Shown piece after piece: positions 9,895 to 19,591 of a DNA stretch of 64,000 nt; the first letter of the stretch is position 1; the number at the start of each line of letters is the position of its first letter. Where the stretch lies: positions 186,001 to 250,000 of the forward strand of contig JAFGJV010000004.1 of assembly GCA_016928955.1 (NCBI GenBank), written 5' to 3'. The position numbers and the translations under genes were made by a program. Origin of the DNA: Spirochaetales bacterium (GTDB lineage Bacteria > Spirochaetota > Spirochaetia > Treponematales > UBA12059). The notes under the pieces are model-generated. The model made no database searches and was not told the origin of the DNA. It worked only from the letters and a program-made list of their open reading frames with translations.

Positions 9895-10870
9895 GGTTTC
9901 GACAGCATGTCCCGCAGTGCAGCCGCCGCGTCCGGGCTGGCCAGTTGGATGTTCATGAAGGAGACCAGGGCCGGCTGGGCCGCTTTTGGGGCTCCGAACA
10001 TCCGCATCATGGACGAGCTGAGCTGGACCCCGAGCAATTCCGGGTCGCACTGGCGCGGTGAGAAATTGACAGACAGGAGCCGTCGGGACGGAACCAGGCG
10101 AACCATGCCCGTATCGGAAAGCACCAGATTGGCAAAGCGGCCAGCGTCGGCGGCAATGGCCTGGGTAAGGGCATGGGGACATTCGGCCTGAACCCACGCG
10201 ATCAGGGCGCCAAGGTCCAGGATGCATACGGCAGCTTCCCGAGCGCAGCGCGCAGCCGGCTCACCGCGCAGCTCGGAAAAAAGGCTGTCGGCGCTGAGTG
10301 CGGGAGGCCGTGCTACGGTCAGCCGTCTGGCGCGCAATTCGGCGGCCTCGTCGGAGTGCGGGGCCACAACAGGGCCCTGGCTGACCGCTGGATAGCGCAC
10401 GAGCGCCGCAAGTCCGCCAAGGAGGGGCTCAATGGAACACGGGCCGCCACCGGGCAAGGGAAGCGATGCAGTGGCAGGCAAGCCCGAATCGAGATAGGGT
10501 TTAAGGACGCTCAGCTCGAGATCCGGCGGATAGGGTCGGGGTGCCCGGGGGCCAAAGGCAAGGGCGGGTTCATAGCGTTCGTGTGTCAGGAAGTACAAAA
10601 CGCCAAGTTCGTCCGACCCAGTTCTGGCCGCATGCTCGCCGACCTGAAAGGGGTACAGGTAGGCATTCCCCGCGCTTACAGCCGGGGGAACTGGTTTCTG
10701 TACGTCTTTGGATACTTGTTTGGAACTACGCCCAGGCGGAGCGGCTGCTGGGCGGCTTTCCCGAACCTGGTCTACGCGTACGCCGACCGGGACTTTTTTT
10801 TTTGACTCTGACCAAGCAGACCGCCGGGCTGGGCCGTTTTTGCCTCAGCCGCTTTATTCAATAAGCCCAT
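9891..10870 (-). CDS. Hypothetical protein encoded across a -1 frameshift (about 326 aa if recoded; 32-aa product if not)
   Basis: ATG 10870 overlaps the upstream TGA. Frame 0 reads MGLLNKAAEAK...QSQKKKSRSAYA* (stop 10772-10774). The -1 frame is open from the A10 run to 9891 and contains the track ORF 9891..10598. Confidence 0.7.
10793..10804 (-). other. Slippery site C-AAAAAAAAAA-G (codons CAA AAA AAA AAG; heptamer A_AAA_AAG)
   Basis: T10 run at 10794-10803 on the + strand; the heptamer is in the correct phase for a -1 shift into the long downstream frame. Confidence 0.7.
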
Positions 10871-12981
10871 CAGAGCAACCCCAATTCCTCAAACAGCTTT
10901 TTATAGGTGTCGTAATACTCAGAGGACGCAAACTCCTCTATTTTCTCCTCAGGGAGCGATGCAAGAAGCTGGTCCAGGTACAAAAGAACGGATTTAATGT
11001 CCGTCTTTAGCTTGTCGGAAACCACGGGCTCAGGAGCAGACGAATCGTTGGCCGTGGGAGCCGGTGACGGTGCCATTGGTTCGGCGGACGGCATGCCAAA
11101 GGACGGCATGGCTATTGGAGGGGGCGACGACAATTCTATGGGACGCTCGGGCGCTTCTTCCGCTTCCACGAAGAAGGAGTCGTCCAGGCTCATGTTAATC
11201 TCGTCGGGATGCACCTCAACGGGCGTTGCCGGCTTAATGACGCTGCTGTCTATACGGTCGGCCAGGGACTCGCCGCTTTCCTGCTCATCGAGGGGAGAAA
11301 GATCCTCTATGCCGACTTCCTCGGTGTGCAGGTTCATGTCAAACGACACATCTTCGGGCGCCAGTTCCTCAAGCTCGGACGCCTCGAGCTCCTCAAGGGG
11401 AGCCTCTGCTAGGTCGGCGGGCGGAGACTCGGGCTCTTCGCCCTCTATGGAAAGCACCAGTTCGCCAAGATCGTCGTCGCCAGACTCATCCAGCACGAGT
11501 TCGTCGGCAGCTGGCTCCACCAAGGGAGGCTCTTCCAGGTCTTCCGTGTCCAGATAGCTGGTGTCCTCCTCCAGCGGGGTCATCGGGGTCACGTCAACGT
11601 CAGGAAGCTCGTGACTGTCGCTTTCCGCGGGGGTGGCGTCTATGCCGATGTGCTCGATATCCGACGGATGGGCTTCGTAGTCGCCGTCTTCCGGCAGGAT
11701 GGCAAGGTCGGCCTGTCGGTCCGGCGATCCTGCCTCCTCGGTGAAGTCGGCCGTGTTCAGGATATTGTCCAGCTCGTCGCCGGTCAGGGCTATGGTGTCG
11801 TCCTCTTCCTCGTCAAAGAAACCGCCTGACTGGGCCCCTGCCGACTTGGATTCATCCGACTCGGCGCCCTCGGCGGGACGGGAGGATTTCAGCGCTCCGA
11901 GCTGGCTGCGGAGGCTGGATAGCTCGTCTTTGATGGCAGCGAGCTCGGACGCGATGGTTTTGAGCATGTCCGACGCCGCGCCCCCTGAAGGGGATGCCAA
12001 ATCTGAGGTAACGGCCCCTACGTCGTCAAAGCCCACGTCCGAATCAAGGCGGATGCCTTCACGCTGCTCGAGGGAGGGGAGGACGCTGTCACCACCGCCC
12101 TGGTCCGAATCGATGAACGAATCCACGCTGATGCCTGACGGCATTGATTTGGTTTCCATGTCGTCAAAGGCGGCTGTCACGTCTTCCATGGACGAAGCGG
12201 GGCTGGGTATGCCCTCAAGGCCGCCCACGTCCTCGAACACGGGCTTGGATAGATCCTCAACGTCGTCTAGGGAAAACTCCACGCTGGAGTCGGCCGACGG
12301 TTCAGACGGCGCTGGTATGGTGTCGTCAAAATTCAGGTCTATGTCTATGGATTCGAACTCGTCGGCGGGCACCGGCTCGTCGTGGGTTTCCTCTTCCTCG
12401 GACATGCCGAACTCAGACAGGTCCACAGCTTCTGCCCCGGCGCTCGGGGTGGAAGGAGGCTCGGTTTCTTCAGGGGCCTCGTCCATAGAGAACCCAAAGT
12501 CCTCAAGGCTGACTTCCATGGCATCGGACGAGTCGGCCTCTGGCTCCCTGGCTTCAGGCTCTGGGCTACTCAGCCGCTCGGGCGGAGCTTCCGTCAGCTC
12601 GTCCAGGGGTATGTCTATGACAGAGTCTTCAATGACGCCCTCGTCGAGGTTGTCCTCAACGTCCATGATGGCCAGGTCGTCGTCCCCGCCCAGGGTCTGG
12701 ATGTCCAGAACATCGTCCCCGCCATGCTGAGCGGGCTGTTCGTCCTCCACACCCTCAGGAAGACCGAAATCGTCCAGGGACAGCTCGTCATCGGACGCAA
12801 AATCCATGTCCGCGGGAGGAACCAAAGACCCCTCCTCGGCCTCGGAGATGAGTTCGTGTTCGGTTTCCGGCTCCTCGATGACATCCTGAGGCTCCGCCTT
12901 GACCCAGACACCGTATTTTTCCAAATCCTGGTCCGAGGCAAGCTCAGGCACGTCGTGCCCACGCTGTTTCTTGGTCTGCAT
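10870..12981 (-). CDS. Large, highly acidic, largely disordered hypothetical protein
   Basis: Start at ATG 12981 after GGAG; very D/E-rich; ordered islands LEKYGVWVKAEP, a coiled coil, GGFFDEEEDDTIALTGDELDNIL and a C-terminal helical domain. Confidence 0.85.
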   Translation of the reverse strand: MQTKKQRGHDVPELASDQDLEKYGVWVKAEPQDVIEEPETEHELISEAEEGSLVPPADMDFASDDELSLDDFGLPEGVEDEQPAQHGGDDVLDIQTLGGDDDLAIMDVEDNLDEGVIEDSVIDIPLDELTEAPPERLSSPEPEAREPEADSSDAMEVSLEDFGFSMDEAPEETEPPSTPSAGAEAVDLSEFGMSEEEETHDEPVPADEFESIDIDLNFDDTIPAPSEPSADSSVEFSLDDVEDLSKPVFEDVGGLEGIPSPASSMEDVTAAFDDMETKSMPSGISVDSFIDSDQGGGDSVLPSLEQREGIRLDSDVGFDDVGAVTSDLASPSGGAASDMLKTIASELAAIKDELSSLRSQLGALKSSRPAEGAESDESKSAGAQSGGFFDEEEDDTIALTGDELDNILNTADFTEEAGSPDRQADLAILPEDGDYEAHPSDIEHIGIDATPAESDSHELPDVDVTPMTPLEEDTSYLDTEDLEEPPLVEPAADELVLDESGDDDLGELVLSIEGEEPESPPADLAEAPLEELEASELEELAPEDVSFDMNLHTEEVGIEDLSPLDEQESGESLADRIDSSVIKPATPVEVHPDEINMSLDDSFFVEAEEAPERPIELSSPPPIAMPSFGMPSAEPMAPSPAPTANDSSAPEPVVSDKLKTDIKSVLLYLDQLLASLPEEKIEEFASSEYYDTYKKLFEELGLL

Positions 12982-13241
12982 GGCGTAGCGCTCCGTCAAC
13001 GGGATGATTCTAGACCAAATATCGGCACAAAACCCGCTCAAGGGCACAGCAAAAAGCCCGTTGGGCTCCCTCCGCGCTCCTTGTTTCCAGGACCTGCCAC
13101 GGCGCGCGCATACGGGCGTGCCGGTGAATAAACGATCCTGACTCAACTCTACTAGCGCTCAAGTGCGTTGTCAACATCATGGTTTTGCTGATTGAAGATA
13201 GGCGTTCAAGGAGCGGCCCGGGCGAGCCGTTAATAGGAGGG

Positions 13242-13679
13242 ATGAAACGCTCACTCGCAACGGCCGCGTGGACGGCCATCGTGTCGTATTGCCTCATATC
13301 CCTGACGCTCGGGCCTTTCGGTGTCCTGGCGTTCCGCGACGCGGATGGAGCCAGGAAGGCCATGGAAGGCAATATCGTCGAACTGGAACGGATGAACCGC
13401 GCCTTTGAGCGCCAGTGGCAGGCTTTGCGGGCAGACGCCCAATCGGTGGCGCTGGAAGGCCGCACCCTCGGCTATGTGGCCTACGACGAGGTGGCAATAC
13501 GGCTGTCCGTAGGCGGCCGGCCGGGCGTTCCCGCCTCACCAGGAGACATCCTCACGCTTGAGCGGTCAGGCTTCATGGATGACGGCGCCATCAAGCTCTT
13601 TGCCCTTGGTTTGGGGGTGGCCGTGGGAATAGTCACCTTCGGGCTGGGCAGAATGAGACGCGAAACCGGGCGGGAATAG
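13242..13679 (+). CDS. Septum formation initiator (FtsB/DivIC-like) protein
   Basis: AGGAGG RBS; TM helix, GPFG, coiled coil, 'GRTLGYV...E' motif, extra C-terminal TM helix. Confidence 0.65.
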   Translation: MKRSLATAAWTAIVSYCLISLTLGPFGVLAFRDADGARKAMEGNIVELERMNRAFERQWQALRADAQSVALEGRTLGYVAYDEVAIRLSVGGRPGVPASPGDILTLERSGFMDDGAIKLFALGLGVAVGIVTFGLGRMRRETGRE

Positions 13680-13743
13680 GCAACCCAGACATACAGGAGC
13701 CGTACCATGATCGGTGCGCAGTGTCCCTGGGCGCGCCGGCTCG

Positions 13744-14190
13744 CTAATCCTCTATATGAAACAGTTTCTTAAACCACGCGACCAGGGCGTTCCACAGCCT
13801 GGCCAGCAAGCCAGGGTGGTTTAGTCGCTCAAGCCGCGCCAGCCCGTCGGCCACCTCGTCGGCGCTGAGCTGGGCGCGCTGCAGGTTTTCGTCCAGCTCC
13901 AATTCCAAGAGCGCGGCCTTGCCCTGGCCGCGGATCATGATGGCCTCTATCGTGGTCCAGCCCAGGGATTTTGCCGCTTCCAGCCTGCGATGGCCGGACA
14001 CCAAGTGGTAGCGCCTGGTCAGAACCACGGGGTGGAGCTGGCCGAAACGCGCCATGCTGGCCGCCAGCTCCCCGATTGCGCCCATATCCTTGCGTACCCG
14101 CTTGAGAACACGTATCCGCCGTATGTCAACCTGCATATCAGCCCCCGTGGCCGGGTCGGCATCCGCAAACAGCAGCAGCCGACGTCCCAT
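13744..14190 (-). CDS. ParB N-terminal (CTPase) domain protein, short; start may be ATG 14136
   Basis: LAASMARFGQLHPVVL, LVSGHRRLEAAKSLGW and ELDENLQR motifs. Confidence 0.85.
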   Translation of the reverse strand: MGRRLLLFADADPATGADMQVDIRRIRVLKRVRKDMGAIGELAASMARFGQLHPVVLTRRYHLVSGHRRLEAAKSLGWTTIEAIMIRGQGKAALLELELDENLQRAQLSADEVADGLARLERLNHPGLLARLWNALVAWFKKLFHIED

Positions 14191-14192
14191 GC

Positions 14193-16787
14193 TCAGTCAA
14201 GCACGCCAGTTGTGTCGTCTTCAACAACCCCGGTTTCAGGTTCCTGGCCGGTGTCGCCGTCCTCGGTTTCTTCCGTACCCGTATCCTGCTCGCCGTCGGA
14301 CGGAAGCTGGCCTGACAGTATGGAGTCGAGCAGGTCTCCTATGCCGCCGTCGTCAAGGGCGCTGTCCACGGTGGGGCCTCCGAGTGTGGCTGCCTGGTCG
14401 CTCAGCTCCTGGATGCCTTCCTGGGCCTGCTCCGTGTTGAATTCGTGCAGGTCGCAGTACTGCCGCGGCTGGGTTCCCTCAAGGTAGGTAAGCGTGACCA
14501 GCCCGTCGTCGCAGTACTCGGTGGGCAGAAGGCCAGATTCCGCGCATACCGTCACTTCCACTAGCCCGGTGGCCGGTTTGGCAAAGTCCTTGTACGGAAG
14601 CCCCCTGTGTATCTCAGACATGTAGCCGGACCAGGCAGCGCCGGCTATGGTCGCTCCGGTCTGGCTCACGCCCAGGGAATTGCCGCCCTCGTCAAAGCCG
14701 AACCAGATGGCCGTGGTCATATAAGGCGTGTAGCCCACGGTCCATGCGTCTTCCCAGTTCTGGCTGGTTCCCGTCTTGCCTGCGGACGGAATGGTGAATT
14801 TCTTGCCGTCAGCGTCTTTGTAGGTGAATACGGTGCCGCTGGACGAGGGATAGCTCAGGGTGCCGATCTTGACCACGCGCTTGAGCATGTCGGTCATGAT
14901 GTACGCGTTCTGGGGCGACACCACTTGTATGGCCGACCCCTTGCGTTTCTGCTCGGCGCGCAGGTCCTTTTCCGGCTCCAGGATGACGCGTCCGTTCCTA
15001 TCCTCGATGGAACGGACGGCTATGGGCGTGACCTCTCGGCCCTGGTTCCCGAAGATGGCAAAGGCCCTGGCCATGCGCACCGGCGTCACTTCTATAATGC
15101 CGAGCGCCAGAGGGTATACGCGGGGGAAGGTGGTGCGGATTTGCTCTGGGTCGGTTATGTCCAGGAGGGCGGCTGCTCGGCTGATGGCGGCGTCAAAGCC
15201 TATGCCGTCAAGCACTTTGACAGCCGGTATGTTCATGGACGCTGCCAAGGCTTGGTACACAAGCACGGGGCCCTGCCATTCGCCCTTGTAGTTATTGGGA
15301 ACGTAGGGGGTGCCGTCCTCGTTGTAAAACACCATGGGCGCGTCGTAAATAAGCGTGCCCTGGCTGAACAGGCGGGAGTCGATGGCCGCAGAATAGAACA
15401 GAGGCTTGAAGGACGAGCCGGGGGTGATGGCGCTGATGGTGGCCCGGTTGAATTCGTTTTCTTTCCATACGAACTCCGAGCCGCCGACCATGGCCAGTAT
15501 GTAGCCCTTCTCGGTGTCGAGGGTAATTAGGGCGCCTTCCACCGTGGTTTTCTTCAGTTCCTTCTGCACGGCGCCGTAGCTGGTGCTCGTTGCGGCCTTG
15601 AGGGAATCCAGACCGAACATCAAGGCCAGGGCGTCCACGGTGGGATTGACGGACTTGGTGTAGTAATCCATGGCCTGGCTCTCCAGTTTTGAGCCGCGGC
15701 GGAAGACGCCCTCCAGGTTGAACGCCAGGCTGAACAGCTCGGCCATGGGCGCGTACAGAAGCTCGGCGTCCTTAAGGCGCATCGAGCTGGACTGCAGATA
15801 CGTCTTGTTCACCTGCTCGATGTAGCGGGCCATGTAGCGGTCGGCGACGGCTTGGTAATCCAGGTTCAGCGTGGTGTGTACCGTGAGCCCGTCCCGGTAC
15901 AGGTCGGTGGAGCCGTACAGCAGGTCCTGGAGCTGTATGCGCACGTACTCGCTGAACCAGGGCGCCTTGTCGTTCCGCGGGTTGTATGCCTCTCCGGATG
16001 CCCTGGTATAGTCAAAGTTGTCCCAATACAGGTTAAAGGACGTGTCGGCCTCGTCCCTGGTCGCAAAGCCAAAGTCTACCATGTCGTCAAGGACGGCCCT
16101 GGATCGGTCGCGGGCTACGTTCGGGTTCCGGAGAGGGTTGTAGCGCGTCGGGGCTGATAGCTGGACCGCCAGGATGGCGGCCTCGGCCAGGGTCACTTCC
16201 TTGGCGCTGTGGCCGAAATAATATTTGCTGGCGGCCTCCACCCCATAGGTGCCGGGGCCCATGATCATCCTGTTCAGGTACATCTCCAGGATTTCCTGTT
16301 TGGAGTACCTGCGCTCCAGCTGGAGGGCGTACCACAGCTCGACGAATTTCCGCCGGTAGCTGATATCCCTCCGGTCGGCGTACAGGGTTCCCGCCAGCTG
16401 GAGGGTTATGGTTGAACCGCCGCCGAGGTTCTTGCCCAAGATCTGGCCAGCCAGGGCGCGCACGTAGCCTTTGAGGGTGAAGCCGGGATGGGTCCAGAAC
16501 GTTTTGTCCTCACGGATTACTATGGCGTCAACCAGGTGTTGGGGAAGGTCCTTTATGGACACGATTTCGCGCTTGATGTCGGCCGAAAACTCGGTAATGA
16601 CCCGCCCGTTGACGTCCAGGATGCGGGACGGAATCTCGGGGTCGAACTGCGAGAAATTCTCCACGGACATCATGTTTTTGGTCGTTGCTACGGCCATGCC
16701 GAACGCCACACCAATCCCGAGGGCCGATACCAGGGTCAGGACGGTCAGGGTTTTTAGGAGCACGGACGCGATCTTCTTCGGCTTCAT
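14193..16787 (-). CDS. Penicillin-binding protein 1A family (transglycosylase/transpeptidase)
   Basis: EDKTFWTHPG, GGSTITLQL and RKFVE transglycosylase motifs; GSSFKP, SMN and KTG transpeptidase motifs. Confidence 0.95.
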   Translation of the reverse strand: MKPKKIASVLLKTLTVLTLVSALGIGVAFGMAVATTKNMMSVENFSQFDPEIPSRILDVNGRVITEFSADIKREIVSIKDLPQHLVDAIVIREDKTFWTHPGFTLKGYVRALAGQILGKNLGGGSTITLQLAGTLYADRRDISYRRKFVELWYALQLERRYSKQEILEMYLNRMIMGPGTYGVEAASKYYFGHSAKEVTLAEAAILAVQLSAPTRYNPLRNPNVARDRSRAVLDDMVDFGFATRDEADTSFNLYWDNFDYTRASGEAYNPRNDKAPWFSEYVRIQLQDLLYGSTDLYRDGLTVHTTLNLDYQAVADRYMARYIEQVNKTYLQSSSMRLKDAELLYAPMAELFSLAFNLEGVFRRGSKLESQAMDYYTKSVNPTVDALALMFGLDSLKAATSTSYGAVQKELKKTTVEGALITLDTEKGYILAMVGGSEFVWKENEFNRATISAITPGSSFKPLFYSAAIDSRLFSQGTLIYDAPMVFYNEDGTPYVPNNYKGEWQGPVLVYQALAASMNIPAVKVLDGIGFDAAISRAAALLDITDPEQIRTTFPRVYPLALGIIEVTPVRMARAFAIFGNQGREVTPIAVRSIEDRNGRVILEPEKDLRAEQKRKGSAIQVVSPQNAYIMTDMLKRVVKIGTLSYPSSSGTVFTYKDADGKKFTIPSAGKTGTSQNWEDAWTVGYTPYMTTAIWFGFDEGGNSLGVSQTGATIAGAAWSGYMSEIHRGLPYKDFAKPATGLVEVTVCAESGLLPTEYCDDGLVTLTYLEGTQPRQYCDLHEFNTEQAQEGIQELSDQAATLGGPTVDSALDDGGIGDLLDSILSGQLPSDGEQDTGTEETEDGDTGQEPETGVVEDDTTGVLD

Positions 16788-16795
16788 ACGCTAGG

Positions 16796-16825
16796 AGCCT
16801 ACGCGAAAGCAAGCGCGCTGGTCAA
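16796..16825 (-). promoter_or_regulatory. sigma70-like promoter of the PBP1A gene
   Basis: TTGACC-N18-TAGGCT, 8 nt upstream of the ATG. Confidence 0.55.
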
Positions 16826-16850
16826 GCGAGCACGAGGAGCCACACAATGC

Positions 16851-16946
16851 AAGAAAAAGGCCGGTCACGCATGACCGGCCCGCCCTGACAGGCTGTCGGA
16901 CACCCCATAGCAAACTGGGAGGGGAACTATGAACGTCTCCGACACC
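16851..16946 (-). ncRNA. Candidate sigma28-dependent small RNA (~95 nt)
   Basis: Upstream TAAAG...CCGATA; long hairpin with loop UUCCCCUCCCAGUUUG; terminal hairpin GGCCGGUCA-UGCG-UGACCGGCC followed by UUUUU. Confidence 0.65.
16854..16880 (-). terminator. Intrinsic terminator
   Basis: Perfect 9-bp GC stem, 4-nt loop, U5 tail. Confidence 0.85.
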
Positions 16947-16950
16947 CTTA

Positions 16951-16976
16951 GTATCGGTATTTGGCCAGCAACTTTA
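16951..16976 (-). promoter_or_regulatory. sigma28 (FliA)-like promoter
   Basis: TAAAGTTG...ACCGATAC (TAAA-N15-CCGATA) compared with consensus TAAA-N15/16-GCCGATAA; the spacer is about 1 nt short. Confidence 0.65.
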
Positions 16977-17020
16977 ACAGACTTTTTGCCGACAAACGCC
17001 GTGCCCTGTCTCTCATCGGA

Positions 17021-17050
17021 TTGACGAATGATTCTCTTTGTCGATATGCT
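17021..17050 (+). promoter_or_regulatory. sigma70-like promoter of gap
   Basis: TTGACG-N18-TATGCT. Confidence 0.6.
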
Positions 17051-17066
17051 CAGTACGCTAGCATAA

Positions 17067-18197
<1,131 letters not shown>

Positions 18198-18220
18198 CTC
18201 GGAGCCGGTTGCGATACGCA

Positions 18221-18258
18221 AAAGGGCTGCCCGGGCCTGGCCTGGACGGCCCTTTTTT
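18221..18258 (+). terminator. Intrinsic terminator-like hairpin after gap
   Basis: AAAGGGCTGCCCGGGC...GCCTGGACGGCCCTTTTTT. Confidence 0.7.
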
Positions 18259-18322
18259 ATCGTGATCAGCGCGTTGCCGGCCAGATACGGAGCTCGGAAC
18301 GAGTAGATCCAGGGAGGAACCG

Positions 18323-19582
18323 ATGATCAAGACAGTCAAGGATATAGCCCTCAAGGGCAAGCGGGTCGTCATGCGGGTGGATTTCAACGTGCCCATGAAG
18401 GATGGCAAGGTCCAGGACGACACGCGCGTCATGGCAGCCATACCGACCGTGCGCTACATCCTGGACCAGGGCGCGCGGAGCCTGGTCCTTTTGAGCCACC
18501 TGGGCGACCCGACCAAGGACGCCAAAAAAGCCAGGGAAAAGGCCGAGAAGGCCGGAGCGGCCTGGGACGAGCACACCTACCTGGCGGGCAAGCACCGCAT
18601 GAAGCCTGTAGCCGAGTACCTGGCGGCCAAGCTCGGCCGCCCCGTCGTGTTCGCGGGCGAGGACGGTTGCTACGGCAAGAAGGCCTTCATAGAGGCCCAG
18701 CCGGACGGTAGCGTCGTCATGCTTGAAAACACCCGCTTCCATAAGGAAGAGACTAGTGACGACCCCGCAGCCCGCGACAAGCTGGCCAAGGAACTGGCCG
18801 GCTACGGCGACGTATTCGTGAACGACGCTTTCGGCACGGCCCACCGCGACCACGCGTCCACGGCCAGCATAGCCAAATTCATGCCCGTGTCCGTGGGCGG
18901 CTTCCTGATGGAGAAGGAAGTTGCCTACCTGGAGCCCATGGTCACCACGCCTCCAAAGCCCATGGTGGCCATCATAGGCGGCGCCAAGGTCAGCTCCAAA
19001 ATAGCCGTGCTGGAAAGCCTCCTCAAAAACGCCAAGGCGCTGGTGATCGGCGGCGGCATGGCCTATACCTTCCTGAAAGCCCAGGGCCACGCCGTGGGCA
19101 CGTCACTGGTGGAAGACGACCAGCTGGACACGGCCAAGCGCGTCCTGGACGCGGCGGCCGCGGCGGGCGTGGACATCGTCCTTCCGCTCGACCACCTGTG
19201 CGCCGAGAAATTCGACGCTGGCGCCGCCGCGGTTGCCGTGGATGGCGTAGCGATACCCGGCAGCCTTATGGGCATGGATGTTGGACCAAAGACGCTGGAC
19301 CGCTACAAGGCCGTCCTCGCTGAGGCAAAGAGCGTGGTGTGGAACGGTCCTGTCGGCGTGTTTGAATTCGAGGCCTTTGCTGGCGGCACGGGAGCGGTGG
19401 CCAAGATGGTGGCCGAAGCTACCGGCAGGGGCGCGACCACCGTGGTAGGCGGCGGCGATTCCGTGGCGGCGGTCAACAAATTCGGCCTGGCGTCAAAGAT
19501 GAGCCATGTATCCACGGGAGGGGGCGCTTCCCTTGAGTTGCTTGAAGGCAAGAAGCTGCCCGGCATTGAAGTGTGCAGGTAG
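18323..19582 (+). CDS. pgk: Phosphoglycerate kinase
   Basis: RVDFNVP, NDAFGTAHR, GGAKVSSK, HVSTGGGASLE. Confidence 0.99.
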   Translation: MIKTVKDIALKGKRVVMRVDFNVPMKDGKVQDDTRVMAAIPTVRYILDQGARSLVLLSHLGDPTKDAKKAREKAEKAGAAWDEHTYLAGKHRMKPVAEYLAAKLGRPVVFAGEDGCYGKKAFIEAQPDGSVVMLENTRFHKEETSDDPAARDKLAKELAGYGDVFVNDAFGTAHRDHASTASIAKFMPVSVGGFLMEKEVAYLEPMVTTPPKPMVAIIGGAKVSSKIAVLESLLKNAKALVIGGGMAYTFLKAQGHAVGTSLVEDDQLDTAKRVLDAAAAAGVDIVLPLDHLCAEKFDAGAAAVAVDGVAIPGSLMGMDVGPKTLDRYKAVLAEAKSVVWNGPVGVFEFEAFAGGTGAVAKMVAEATGRGATTVVGGGDSVAAVNKFGLASKMSHVSTGGGASLELLEGKKLPGIEVCR

Positions 19583-19591
19583 GGGGACAAC

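Noticed and set aside
9895..10227. Track start (10227) for the second Maf gene
   Set aside because: The extension overlaps the upstream gene; GTG 9894 with a GTGA overlap just before HSRYDP fits better.
16929..17024. 31-aa + strand ORF with a strong RBS, antisense to the candidate sRNA (type I toxin-antitoxin idea)
   Set aside because: The peptide (MNVSDTLSIGIWPATLTDFLPTNAVPCLSSD) lacks a TM helix or basic tail, and no promoter or terminator is evident. The RBS-ATG is explained as the complement of the sRNA seed. It is not fully excluded.
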